64,000 bases of DNA from Amoebophrya sp. A120. Lineage: Eukaryota > Protista > Dinoflagellata. A program made the position numbers and the translations under genes. The stretch's first letter is position 1, and every line of letters starts with the position of its first letter. A model generated the notes under the pieces. The model was not told the origin of the DNA. It worked only from the letters and a program-made list of their open reading frames with translations, and did not search any database. Of the stretch, positions 35,501-48,031 are shown piece after piece. The DNA is taken from positions 1,021,386-1,085,385 of the forward strand of contig CAJINV010000016.1 of the NCBI GenBank assembly GCA_905178155.1, given 5' to 3'.

Positions 35501-38500
35501 GAAGATGTTGGCAAGCACGACGGCTACACCTCCGAAAGAAAGAAGGACGCAGATGGAAAGGCGCTCGTGGTGCACGCGGGGCCAAAGCTGTATTGGACGA
35601 AAGAACGAGACAAGAAAACGAACAGTTATTGGAGCGAACCGCCGGAAAAAGTAGGCTCACAGGAATGGATTGATTTTTTCACGCCCGACGTAGATGATCC
35701 GGACGCGGAACACAAACTGAAATGCCAACAGAACCCGGAGAGCAAGGAGTGCCAACCAAAACAGAAGGCTTTCACCAGCGGAGTGATGGAGCTGGGCAAG
35801 GCTTTCTTCATATCCAAGATAAATAAAAGTTTCTACAGTTAGTACACATTTGATGTTGGAGTTTCTGCAGCGTCACAAAGTTGCTCGACATGGGAAACAA
35901 GAAAACCTGTGACGCGCAGACTAGTATAAGGGAAAACACGAAAAATGAAATCAGGCTGGCAAGCATTTCCTGCATGACAAAGGTTGCCTGTCTTGCTTGT
36001 TTCGCAACACAATGCCGTGTAACTGTAGCACTTTTTTCTTCGCATACTTCAACCTGGTCCACATCCTCACGATCGGAGTGGCGCAATATCCTGTGCAAAA
36101 GTATCGTACTCATATTGCAATCATGCGTTACGAATCTTGTTGTTGAGGTAGATCAGCATTATACAAGTTTTATTTCTCATGCTGAGGAAGAGGAAATTAA
36201 AATTTAGAATGTATTTAATATACGAGTACTACGATACAACTTTTGCAGTTGATACGAAAAACATATATGCGAACATCAAGTGGGTTTACAAGACTTACTT
36301 GGAGCCTGCTCAAATTGAAATTCTCCAAGACGGTCACGAAGAACAGGCGGAGGACAAAGCAGATGATCTTCGTGAGGGGACATCAACCACGACAAGAGGA
36401 GCGGCAGAAAACAAGCACCAGGTCTTCCCCCTGCAGTTGCCCGTTCCTACCCCCGATCTGGCCCAATGGTTCCAGTTTTTTCCGATGAGTTTGCGCGTGC
36501 AGCGGATTCAGCTGCCGCACGGGGACCACGTGCAGCCGTGCCGGCACGAGCACGAGGCCGCGCAAAAGAAGCGCGATCTCCACGACGACATAGAAATTCT
36601 GCGGGGGCGGGACAGCGGCGGGCCGGTGTGCAGTATGGATAGCGTCTCGGACTTGTTGGGTTTGTCTGGTTTTCGTAAAGCGAAAAGTCTTTTTTTCCAC
36701 ATTTTCAAGCTGCTTCAGGAGAATGTCAGAGAGGGCGCGGCGCTGCACAAGGGCGAGCGTTGGGACGTCGTGGACAAAGAGGTGAGCCCGTGGCTGAACT
36801 CGCATTTGTAAGCATTGCTAAAAATGTGATCTCTTCCGGGTCCGAAAGTGAAAACTTGTGATGCTGGTTGCAGAAAAACGAAGACGGATCCATTGGCTGC
36901 CAAGCATGACAAGTTTTGGAGATCATGCTACTGCGGTGTTGTCTATTCTGCATGTAGTTGAATACCGTCCTCTGCGCTTCTTCTCTATGACAGGAACGCA
37001 GGGTTGTACTAGTTGCGGTAACGTGCATGACAAGAACTCTCAGAGAGTTCTTGTCATGCTAGCCGAGCATGAGCATGACACTCTGACTTTCGAGACCCAG
37101 ATTGATATAGTATTTGCAATGCATAGTTTGGTAGGAGAAAAGACGGAGCTCTACCACACAAACTACCAGATGTTCCTCGAGGTCGGCGACCCAACCCGAG
37201 ACGACGCGGACCCTCTGCCGGGCCGCCTCGTGATGGAACTGGATGTCCAGAGCCATCTCGTGGGTCGCCTCCTCCTCTACGCATTCGAGGAGTTCGGGGA
37301 CCTGGGGTCGGGGCAGTTTACGCTGCAGCTGCTTGACGCGCCCTCTGCTGGTGTGGAAAGTGGCGGGGCGGGAGGAGCAACAGCAACAGGAACGGGAACA
37401 ACAGCTCAAGAAGTTGTAGGGGGCGAGGAAGGAGCGGCGTCCTCGCCAGCTTCGTCCACGACTCCCGCCGGCGGCAACACGGACACCACCACAAAGCAGA
37501 AGAAGTATTTTGCCGTGTCCTTTTATGGGAGTGTCAGAATCGAAATGGACCAAATCGAAATAACTTGTGATGCACAAAATCGATGCCAGTTGGAGCCTCA
37601 GTTTCCAAGTGGCGCATGACAAATTTCGGAAGCGCCAAAATCCAGCCTGTCATGCTGTTTGGGCAAAGAAGACTGCTCCTGTCGTGCTATTCTGGAAGCG
37701 CGTCTTCTTTCCCTAAACAGGCTTGCAATTATCGGTCGCATTTGCTTGCTCCCCAACACAGGCCATGCGTGCTCTACATTTTATGCATCACAAGTTTTTC
37801 GATTTTGTCAATTTCGATTCTGACGCCTCCATACCTTTCGTGCACACGCCATGTGCCCTTGTCTCCTGGTCAACCACGGGAAGACCGTGCCGCAACAGGC
37901 GGCAGCGACGACGGCCGCGATGCTGGAGAAGCAGAGGGAGGGGTCAGATAGAGGAAGTTGGCTCCCCCTTCTGTTTGGGAAGAAAAAAAAAGTATTTTTA
38001 AACAGGCCGAGTGATCATGATTTGGGCCCTTATTTGCAGCCAGTGTTTATGGGCGGCCGCCGCCGTCTAGACTCCACGAACTCGTTTCCCTGGGCGCTGT
38101 ATGGATCGCTCCGGACGCCGCAAGAAAAAGAGGCGCGGCTGCGGGAACACATGCAGGAACACGCTACGCCCCGACTGGAGCACCAACTGCGGCTGGATGA
38201 CCTGCTTGTGGCGCACACCGAGGCGGTTGTGTTGGCGAGTGTGTACGAACGCAAGCCACTCGACAAAGAAAGGGAGAACATGAACAAATACGGGGAAACG
38301 GGGTGCTCCTTGAACATGGAAAAAGAGGTGTGGTACGAAAACTTTAGTGCGCAACGGCTGGACCGACAGGACTCGGCGCAGGTCAAGAAGCTGCAACTCG
38401 CTGAGCTTCTGCTCGTTATCCTGTGCAAAAGTATCGTATTCGTATTGCAATCATGCATATACAAATCTTTTTGTTAAAATCAAATGCAAATCCGCATTAT

Positions 38501-41500
38501 CTGCTCATGCTGAGGAAATTTGTAATGCATTTATACGAATATTACGATACTTTTGCAGTTCATACTCGTGGACGTTTCACGAGTGCTACGTGACGTCATT
38601 GTGCAGGTGGTATACAATTATGGAAGTCCTCCCACATCAGCTGACGATGACGTGGTGGCGGTTGATCTCGGAGTTGAAGCACTGCTGTCGGAGTACGATG
38701 AAAGAGTTGAAGCACTGCTGTCGCACTTTCAGTCTCCGAAACCAACAACAACAAGTTCAGCGCAGGAAGGAAATATGAACCAAGCGCAAGCAACTCCAAC
38801 TCCTCAGCAACAAGAAGGACAAGAGGCAGGATCAGGAACTGACCAAGCGCAAGCAACTCCTCAGCAACAGGGAAGACAAGAACTACAACTGGAGACAATA
38901 GCGGACACCCTGCGCGGATTAGACCAGGACTGGAGGGCCTGGTGCCGCAAGAACGGCGGCGTTCTGCTGGCCCTGACGAAGGAGGGTTACGTCGAAGTCC
39001 AGGCGCTGGGCGAGAAAGATGAAGAACAACGCCAAGTCTGGTTCCCCTTTTCTGCAACAAAAACGACAAGTCGGGGCGAGACCCAAGATGTCCGGATCTT
39101 AACTCCTGGTGTTCCCAGCAGTCCTCCTTCCGGTTCATCTTCTCCTGCGCCCGCTTCTGATCATTTTTCTGATAGATTTCCCTGGTGCTACCGTAGCCCG
39201 TCCCTAGAAGCCGTCCAAAAGGAGTACACCATGCACATTCCAGAGAGCATGTTCGTGGAGGCTGCGGAGCAAAAGCAAAGCCGAGGTGTTGAGGAACCCA
39301 CTGAAAAGGATTCCGCCGCCCCGAACCAGAGCGACGTGAAGATTGGATTACTGTCGGTAGAGCCCCGACACTTAGGGGACGAGAGTGGTCGCGCTTTTAG
39401 TAGTACTACTGCAACATCATCTAGGGTGAGAAAGAGTAAGCTGCAGGGCGGGCGGACCGCCTCCCAAAAATACACGCGGCAGAGAAACAGGCACTTCAGC
39501 CGGTGTCAGCTGCGCCGCACGTCACTCACTGGGGTTTTCCCGGCGATAGAAGCTGAAAAGCTGAACGGCCAACTGACGAATATGCATTGCAAAAGTATAA
39601 AGTGTACTAGTATAAATTGCAATATACAAATAATTTCCTTAGCATGAGAAATGGATTTTGTTTTGTGGATTTGCCTTAATAAAAAGATTTGTAATGCAAG
39701 ACTTGCATTTATACGAGTGCGATACTTTAGCAGATGATAGCGAAATATTTCCAGCAATCGTTCCACGCGGTCCGGGAGGAGGAACGAACGAGGGCCCTAT
39801 CAAATGCAAATATGTCTGGGTCGGGAAACTTGTAATGATGCCTTGGGACTAGTGAATGCTTCGTAAATTGTAATGCCCAGCCAAGCATGAGAAATATATA
39901 TCTGCGTGCTGCGTTTGTCGCATGACCAACTGCGTTTTTGCATGACAGACAAATGGGTCCTCTCTTCTTGGACACGCATGATCACAAACTTTTTGGTCAT
40001 CCCAGACAAGCATGACAAATCTCGCAATCTTCCAGACCCAGACACTTTTGCATTTTATAGGCACAGGAAGCTTGCGATCTTTTTGCGAGTGAGAAAGAAA
40101 AAGAGAGAGAGAAGCAGGCTGCAGAGAACAAGAAACTCGAGGAAGAAAAGCAGGCTGCAGAGAAGCAGGCTGCAGAGAACAAGAAACGCGGACCAGTGGG
40201 GGCATGGTTTAACAAAAAACTCGAGGAAGCAAAAGAACCCGGACCAGTGGGGGCATGGTTTAACAAAAACAAGAAAGATATTGGTAAGATGGTGGGAGCG
40301 GGGGCGGCTGTAAAGCTTGGAGCGGTGGGGCTGGTTGTGGCACCTCACGTCGCATTGCCAGCACTTGCAGTTGCTAAAGCAGCAAGCGCAGTTGCCGGGA
40401 CGAGTTATGCAGCACATGCCGTTTTGAAAGACAAAGAAAGGCTGGCGGCGGAAAAAACTATCCTATGTGAAAACGTCCCTACCACCCCACAGTTGTATTT
40501 GTAATGCAAATCTGCATGCTGAAAATCAAAATGCGGCTGATCCGCAAGAAGAGAAGCACTTCCCAGTGGTCGTGTTGCGGAATTTCTGACGTTCCAATCT
40601 TCAGCGAGATCATGTGCTAGATCTGTGTTGCTGCTGTTGAACTACTGAGGATCACACTCTACGAGGCCAAACTTGTCACGCGGAACAGCCAAGGCTTGTT
40701 GGTTTGTCTCGCAGTTGTCCCACAACGGGGCTCGCTAATATGGAGAGGCGTTGGGTTAATACCCGGTCGGCAAAGAGCACTACCGCCGATGACGATGATC
40801 ATGATGAGGCTTCCCGTCTTGACTTTGCTGGGGCGGGGACGTTTTTCCTCATGAGAAAACCTGGTCCGGAGCTACTCCGCGACGTCCTCAAAATACCGCA
40901 GAAGGTGGATGTCGGTCCCGTTTTACGAGTGCTACCGACCCTGCACTACCCGGCAACGAAGGACGACTACGAAAATCGGGCCGAAGGTGCGGGCAGAGTA
41001 CAAAAAGGACTCGGGCTGGCAGCCGGCACGGTGGGAGCGCTGGTTCGCTTGCCCCTGGCGTGGGGGAAAACGGCGGTCGGAAGGGCTAAAAGGGCACTTC
41101 TTGGAATGACAGAAAACGGAGAAGCAGAGAGCCCCACAACAAGCACCCAAGATCCTCCTCCAGGAGAAAAAGATGCCATCGAAATAAACCCGGCAGAAAA
41201 TCCGGGTCGCGGCGAGCGGCCGCGGGGCGGACGGGTCCAGCAAGAGGACGGGCTGCCGGAAACGGCCACGACAGCCGCGGAGCTCCATCGCGACCGGGCG
41301 ACGGTAGGTGTGCTACCGGTCTCTGTGGACGATTTAGCGACGTTCTTGTCACGAAAGTTGAAAGCTCTTATCGATTTGGGGCTCGGTGAGGAGGGAAACT
41401 GGGGTCATATCGCCAAGGTCGCGGCCGATCGCGGTATTGTAAACTTTTTCGTATCAGGCAAAATGAGGGATGATTTGCAAGGATCACTGAAAGCGCTAGC

Positions 41501-44500
41501 CGAATCCCTGTTCTCCGGTTTGGTACTGCGTGTGTATGATCCGAAGGAGTTTTATTTGCTTCCGGAAGGTGGAAAGAAGAGCCAGAGCTCCGCGGGTAGT
41601 TGCAGGACGCTTTTGTCCATGCTTTCTACGTTGTTTAGTACGGGCCAGGTGGATGAAAATCTAGATGACGTCGTACGCGGTCAAGGAGACAGCCACAGTG
41701 ACAGTGGGGACTTCTACTACGGTCGTGGCGCTAGTACAACATCAGCCACAAGAACCTCCTTCGAGGCACGAGATTGGGCGGAACGGCTTGAGCTGGCTGC
41801 CCAGGAGGCGGCGGCGTGCGAGCTCAGCGCGGTGCCGCGCAACATCTTGCAGTCAGTCCTGGGGAAGACGCAGACAGACTGGGTCCTGGGCCGCCAGCTT
41901 GACGTCACGCTAAACGCGGGGCACCCCTCCAGGTTCACCGAGAAACCGATCGCGCGAATAAAAGCACACCTGCCCAACTTGCTCACGTCGCTGTGGGGCG
42001 CAGGCCACAACAAGGATGAGGAGCCCGGGGCCAGCGACGAGAACAACGGCGACAGCATGACGGGAAATACCAAATCCTGGCAGAAGTTCCTGCACCCTCG
42101 GGGGCTCCTGAGCCAGATCAAGTGGCTGCTGTGGGAAATCATTGATTTCTTCAAGAACCCCACACTCAAGCTGCTTGGGGACGTGGTGAAGGGTAGTTTG
42201 GTGCCGCAAAACTACGTGCATTTGCTGGAAGACTTTGACTTCTTGAAGCACACCGTGGTGCACCTGTCGGGGGGATATGGATTGCAAAAATGTCTGGGTC
42301 CTCTGGAAGAGCCAAACTTGTGATGCTGCATTTGGATGCTAAAAAAACCTGTATTGCATGACCAGCAAGACGAGGATTCAAATTTGGCTACGCGGAGAGG
42401 GCATTTCGTTGTCGTGCTGGATGCGCATAGATAAGCGCTTAAAAAATCTGTGATGCTACTATGGCATACCTCACAGACCTCATGGATCATGGAAAATGTG
42501 CATGACATAGTTGTGCTCTTCGAGACCCAGAGCCAGACATGTTTGCAATGCATAGGGGAGATGCGGTCAGCAACCTGGTGCGTCCCGAGGAAGACTGCGA
42601 CTGGTGGCGGGATCGCAGAGGTCTCAATGATCCCAATGCCACGCCGGAGCCGCCGAAGCACTGTCGTTGGCTCCTGGTGGAGTCCATGCATCGGCAATGC
42701 CCTGACGAAGTGGTCACGAACACAGCTGCTGCGGCCGCCCAGGCGCGACGCCGGGAGGGGATCGTGGAAGGTGTAAAGGCGCGGGTGCGAGGTATTGGGC
42801 ATGTCCTCAAAAAACAATGGAAAGATTTCAAGTCGTGGCGCACAGGAGCAGGAGCTACAACGCCTGCTTTGCGACAGATTGATATGTTAAAGCCCATGCG
42901 CGCGGTGCCGCGGCCACGCAGGGAGGCTCGGTATTATCTGCTGCTTGATCTGTATCCCACGAAAAAACTGCTTCACTGTGATGATTTTGCAAGATCTGCA
43001 TCACAAGCTTGTTACGCATGACAAAGAAAACTTGGCCTGCGTGCTTCCTAAGGGAAAACACAGCTAAAAATCCAATGTCTTGCAGCATGTGTAGCAAGAC
43101 AAATAGTTCTGTGCTCCATTTTCTGCATCACAGGTTCGTTTACAGTGAAGCAGTTTTTTCTTGCGATAATCTGGGCGCGACGTGTCAGGTGGTCGTTCTG
43201 GACCAATATGTGACGCGGTCCGACTATCCGGGTTTCAGGATCGAAATCGACAAAGTCGAGGAATTCATTTGTAAAATGCATAAAATGTTGCTGAAGCTGA
43301 GCACATAAACATATCATGTCCTCCTGTGTTCTTGGGCCGCAAGCAAATGAAGCCGATTTTTGCAAGGCTGTTTAGGGGAAGACGATGCGCTCGCGCTGCC
43401 AGTAGAGTAGCATGACGGGGCGAGCAGTCTTCTTTGCCCAAACAGCATGACAGACTGGATTTTGGTGCTCCCCAGTCGGAAGCTGGGACCCCAACTGCTT
43501 GTGTCGATTTTATGCATGCCAATGCCAAATTAGTTCGATTGTGTTGATTTCGGTCCTGGCACTTCCATACCGACGCCGTGGCCGCCTTGGAGCACCGCGA
43601 GTACGTTCGCGCCGGCCCCAAGGCCTTACTCACTTTCGAGGAAGCCGTTCCAGACCCGTGGGGCCATTATTCGTCCATGACGACGGGGTCGCCGCTGGGA
43701 ATTGACAGCGAGGTGTGGAACCAACAGGAGAACTTGCCGCAGCGGCTGGCATATCAAATGCAAAAATGTCTGGGTCTGAAAACTTGTGATGCTGGGTGGC
43801 GTATCATGAAGAGGCCACAAGTGCTGGCTCAGCATGACAAGTTTCTGAGCTTCTAGGTGTTGCCTATTCTGCATGACAAACTGCGTTTCTGCATGACAGA
43901 AAAGTGGCGCTCTTGGGCAACGTGCGTGACAGATTTGAGAGTCATGCCAGACAAGCATGACAAATAACATGCATCCTTCCAGACCCAGACATTTTTACAC
44001 TTGATATGGCAGAAGCGGCCCGGGCGGGAAAAAAGTACGTCGAGTTTTACATTTGGCAAAATAAGCCCCAGCGAAAGATTATCAAATGCAAAAATGTCTG
44101 GGTCTGGAAACTTGTGATGCTTAAAGTGAATGGTAGACGGACTGCAATGCGCAGCTATGCATGACAAATTTTTTGGCTCCCATGTCTTACGTATCCCGCA
44201 TGCCAAACTGCGTTTTTGCATGACAGGTAAGAGGGCCTTTTCGTGCCTATGCAACACAGATTTTCGAGTCATGCCAGACAAGCATGACAAACTTGCACTC
44301 TTCCAGACCCAGACATTTTTGCATTTGATAAAGATGTCTCGGATCGGGGTGCCCATCGACGACGTGAAATCGGTCCTGTGGGACTACAACGCAAAATTCA
44401 TACAACAGTCCTTGGGCACGGTAGCGCCGCACAAACTGGCCAGGGAACAGACCTCCGGCGCTTTTGTGGCGCAGGTGGTGCAGGATACGCAGGATCCCGG

Positions 44501-46175
44501 CGGTTGTGTCTTGCAGAGCGCGGTGAGCAGTAAAACAAAAAGCAGCACTCCTGCGCAGGAGCTGTTGTTCCAAAACCCTTACGTGGTGTGCCCTAAATCC
44601 TTGAAAGATAGTAAACAGCACTTGACGACCCAGTTGAACTTGGAGCACTTGAACTTCGCCCGTTCGGTCGACGACTATGATGCCCGCCTGCCGCGCGGAG
44701 TAGACTTCTCTAAGAAGCAAGAGCAGTTCGCTTTCAGCACAATGAGACAGACGAAATGCCTGCCAGACTGGGTGACAGAGAGGCTGGTGAGGACCTCCAC
44801 CGCCGACAAAAAGACGTCGCCCACCACCAGCTTCGACGCAGATGGGGGGTTCCTGTTTGGTCTGATGGTCGATCACGCGCAGTGCGACAAGTGCGCAGCG
44901 GTTTGGTTTGCAAAGGTTCGGAGCGGCTCAGTACCAGTCGGAGCCGTGGAGGAGTTTGCACACCCTGTAGTACTAGCGAAGTACGACATCGCACCAGAGG
45001 CTGCAAATCAGTGCGACATGAGAAATGTGGAGGCCAAGGTGCGCGGATGTCTTCTGCTGCGCCAACAAGGGAAATTGGAATGCAAAGCGTGCAGGCTGAG
45101 CTATGAGCTTTTCCCCCGAAGCGAACATCTCAGCTCGCCCTCGCTGGTCGATTTTTTCCAAGACGAAAGACCAGATAAGGATGACCTTTTGAATGGGGCC
45201 GCTCAGCAGGACCACGAGTACCTTACTCAGCTGAAGCAATGGACCGACGAAATTGTCAAGAACGTCCTGAGCACGGACATGGGTGAAGAGGCCGGGGCGA
45301 AGAGAAAAAGGGCGAAAGCTGCGCTCAGGGACGAGTATTGCCCCCGGAGGGAAGTGGATTTCGGCAAATGCAAGCGCCTGCGCCTCGGGCACTGTGCGGC
45401 CACCATCAAACGATGTCAACAAGAAGCATCCGTCGAGGCAGGGAAAGTAACAGCTTCCTTGGTTGGAATGGACTTGGACACCCATCTCGAACACGAAAAG
45501 GTCCTAGAAAGCTTGATATCAAATGCAAAAATGTCTGGGTCTGGAAACTTGTGATGCTAAAATGTGCACGATGAAAACACTTCCGAATGCAGTCCGGCAT
45601 GATAACTTCCCAAAACGCTTTCTCATAGGCAATCCGCGTGAGAAACTGCGTTTTTGCATGACAAACACGGGTGGTGTTGCGGGTAATCCTGGCGAAAGCC
45701 AAAAACCGGCAGAAAATGGGGCCACGGGAGAGTTCTTGCTGGACATTACCAACATTTGCCCACGCAGAGCCGTCCTCTTGCCGGACACAACCAATGACAA
45801 AAGAGCTTGCGACTTTTGTTGGTTATGCAATACAGATTTTCTAGGTATGGAAAGCTAGCATTACAAGTTCCAACCTTCCAGACCCAGACACTTTTACAAT
45901 CCATACTTGAATCAAAAATGCAAAAAAGAGATGGAGGAAAGCACGGGCTGCTCCGAATTGCTGGCGGAGGTAGCCTGTGCAAAAGTATCGTACTCGTATT
46001 GCAATCATGCGTTAGTGTATACAAAATTTTTTTCTCAAGGTAAATCTGCATTACAAACTTTATTTCTCATGCTGAGGAAATTTGTATTGCATTTATACGA
46101 CTACGATACTTTTGCAGTTCATAGGAGGACGTTGCGAGCAAAAGGGCGGCCATGCTGATGGGGACGGGGCCTTGA
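32557..46175 (+). CDS. Giant hypothetical, probably secreted protein (~3147 aa, 17 exons, 16 introner introns)
   Basis: Removing the 16 listed introners (each +5-nt repeat; 40457-40859 for the degenerate one) leaves 9444 nt = 3148 codons in one frame; hydrophobic N-terminus MLTTLRVSVLSHSLQQILLVHQVALA; long acidic low-complexity N-terminal region. Confidence 0.8.
33357..33565. mobile_element. Introner intron
   Basis: tatccaagaagaaaattgtgt...acacagtttttttctttgata; direct repeat ttcga; AF|EQLEV. Confidence 0.9.
35811..36046. mobile_element. Introner intron
   Basis: tatccaaga...ctacagtta / taactgtagcacttttttcttcgcata; direct repeat cttca; AFF|NLV. Confidence 0.85.
36087..36254. mobile_element. 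Introner intron, tgcaaaagtatcg family
   Basis: tatcctgtgcaaaagtatcgta...ttttgcagttgata; repeat cgcaa/cgaaa; VAQ|NIY. Confidence 0.85.
36809..37125. mobile_element. Introner intron
   Basis: taagcattgctaaaa...tatttgcaatgcata; repeat atttg/gtttg; SHL|VGEK. Confidence 0.8.
37524..37833. mobile_element. Introner intron, 'gtcaggatcgaaat' family
   Basis: tatgggagtgtcagaatcgaaat...atttcgattctgacgcctccata; direct repeat ccttt; VSF|RAH. Confidence 0.9.
38417..38564. mobile_element. Introner intron, tgcaaaagtatcg family
   Basis: tatcctgtgcaaaagtatcgta...tacgatacttttgcagttcata; direct repeat ctcgt; LLV|DV. Confidence 0.9.
39581..39739. mobile_element. Introner intron, tgcaaaagtat family, inverted relative to 38417
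   Basis: tatgcattgcaaaagtat...gatactttagcagatgata; repeat acgaa/gcgaa; internal ttccttagcatgagaaa is the reverse complement of the tttctcatgctgaggaa core. Confidence 0.85.
39798..40059. mobile_element. Introner intron, 'tgtctgggtctgga' family
   Basis: tatcaaatgcaaatatgtctgggtc...gacccagacacttttgcattttata; repeat ggccc/ggcac; TRA|QEAC. Confidence 0.9.
40459..40855. mobile_element. Degenerate introner intron, gaaaaacgtcc family
   Basis: tatcctatgtgaaaacgtccc...gggacgtttttcctcatgag; A-rich flanks; frame restored by removing ~40457-40859. Confidence 0.55.
42276..42554. mobile_element. Introner intron, tgtctgggtc family
   Basis: tatggattgcaaaaatgtctgg / ccagacatgtttgcaatgcata (20/22); direct repeat gggga; LSGG|DAVS. 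Confidence 0.92.
42953..43168. mobile_element. Introner intron, 'aaaaactgcttcactgt' family
   Basis: tatcccacgaaaaaactgcttcactgt / acagtgaagcagttttttcttgcgata; direct repeat atctg; LDL|GATC. Confidence 0.92.
43225..43569. mobile_element. Introner intron, caggatcgaaat family, inverted relative to 37524
   Basis: tatccgggtttcaggatcgaaatc...gatttcggtcctggcacttccata; direct repeat ccgac; RSD|AVA. Confidence 0.9.
43752..44006. mobile_element. Introner intron, tgtctgggtctgga family
   Basis: tatcaaatgcaaaaatgtctgggtctg / cagacccagacatttttacacttgata; direct repeat tggca; RLA|EAA. Confidence 0.95.
44080..44330. mobile_element. Introner intron, tgtctgggtctgga family (perfect ~30-bp TIR)
   Basis: tatcaaatgcaaaaatgtctgggtctggaa / ttccagacccagacatttttgcatttgata; direct repeat aagat; RKM|SRIG. 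Confidence 0.95.
45517..45905. mobile_element. Introner intron, tgtctgggtctgga family
   Basis: Same TIR; direct repeat cttga; ESL|NQKC. Confidence 0.92.
45971..46123. mobile_element. Introner intron, tgcaaaagtatcg family
   Basis: tagcctgtgcaaaagtatcgta...tacgatacttttgcagttcata; direct repeat ggagg; LAE|DVAS. Confidence 0.9.
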
Positions 46176-46297
46176 GGCATCCCGCTTGGTTGATGTCTCT
46201 ACGATCCGGGACCAAGACGTCCTTGCCCTCTTTCCTTCGATCACGCCATAGGACGTCGATCGGGTGGTTGACTACGAGATTGGTAGGACGATAGGAA

Positions 46298-46510
46298 TAT
46301 CGCAAGAAAGAACTGTTGCGCTGTGAACTTGTAATGCAGAAACTGTATCTGACTGAGAAGTGTTTGTCTTGCTACACATGCAAGACAATGGATTTTTAGC
46401 TGTCTTTTTCCTTAGGAATCTAGCATGGCAAATTTTCTCTGTGATGTAGAATTAACTTGTGACGCAGAACTTGCAAAATCCTTACAGTGAAACACTTTTT
46501 TCGTACGATA
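46298..46510. mobile_element. Introner copy downstream of the stop codon (3' UTR/intergenic), inverted relative to 42953
   Basis: tatcgcaagaaagaactg...acagtgaaacacttttttcgtacgata; direct repeat aggaa. Confidence 0.85.
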
Positions 46511-48031
46511 AGGAACGAAGCGAAATTAATACTACGAATGGTGCACCAGCACCCCGGTGCAGCAACATCATTTATTTCGAGTAAGTGGGTATCAGGGAGA
46601 GCAAACCAAAACCTATTTTACGGTAAAACGTAACGCGCTGCTTTCTTTTGCGCGACACTTTTTGTTTTTTTCTCATTTAAGTATTCTTTAAGTACCTCTT
46701 TCTTCATCAAATTGCAATCCATGCAAAATTTTATCGATCTGATCTCTGCCTTTTTTCGTGTTCCACAACCGATCTTGCTTTTGCTGTTTCTTTGCCTTTT
46801 CGTATGAATATCAAAAATATTACCGTACTAGTTCAACATCATTATCAACATAACTGTGCTGCTACTTCTTCTTGTATAATCTTCTTGTAAGTAGTGAAGT
46901 TCTTCAAAAAAATTAAAACCTATTACTGTCAAACATAGATCGTAAGAACGGAGTATTTAGAAATATCTGTGAAGTTGTGGGCGATCTATCAATAGGAAGC
47001 ATGTTTTACAGTTTCGTGCGACTACTAACTTACACGACGAGATTCTCGTCGAAGCAGCGGCGTGCTTTGAGGACGAGGAAGCGCGTTGTGCCGGTTCGTT
47101 GGGGGTTGAAGATCTTGTTCACGATTATCTCTGTTCCTTTCCGTTTTGCATGTCGGTCTGCTAGATTCATGCTTTATTTGTGGTTAAATGATAATAGCTG
47201 CACAACCACAAGAACTTCTCGTTTTCTGTCGTGCAGATCGATGATGATGCACACACTAGCTACAATGTCGGTTTGGAGACTTCTTCATCTGATATACTTA
47301 ACACGAAGAATTTTTGATCGGTGCGTTGACCTTGACGACGTCCTCCCACGGCATTTGTCTTGCTTCGATTCTACGACCACTTTTCTCCTTGTGCGCCATG
47401 CCAAAGGCGGTCTCTACTCTTCGGTCCTATTTCTCAGACTTTTCATCATCGGTATGCGTATGAGGATGCTCAGTAATTCCCATACGTAGCTAGAATTAGA
47501 TAGAAGTACAATACGCACGCGTGCTTTCGTTTTCTTTGTCGTAAAATGGACTTATCTTATGCAGAAAGAAAGTCCGAGTCGGTTTTTGAAGATTCCGAAG
47601 TCGGTTCGTACGTCCTGGTCGCACGTTGTACTAGCTCTCTTCTTACTAAAATATGACAGAGACTCTGTCATAGATGGTTAACATTTTTATCGTTCACCAG
47701 CCTTTGACTCGTCCTTACGTTCCAGGTCGTTGACCACCACGTCCATAATAATCATTGTCGTACGTTAAAAAACACGAACACCGCGATATAATTGCGGTGC
47801 CGTCATGACGATAACAAAATTTAAAATCTTCAAACACAGTCTCATCCCCTAGCTGTCCCCTCAATCACGTATTTTGATTATTTCTTCTACTTCCCCAGTA
47901 GAAGCGGTATTTGTGCTCATAGAGGGTTAGTACTACATCTAACTACAACAGTTAGTCCACAATGATCCTCTGTTCTATCTTGTAACTAGCGGCACGAGGA
48001 GGTACATACAACAAGGAAGGACGGCAGCGAA

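Noticed and set aside
43755-45574. Recurrent peptides SNAKMSGSG / KCKNVWVWK / FQTQTFLHL in many ORFs
   Set aside because: Translations of introner TIRs, not a protein motif
46977-47489. 170-aa ORF between the giant genes
   Set aside because: Non-ATG start, AT-rich, no coding bias or motif; likely intergenic
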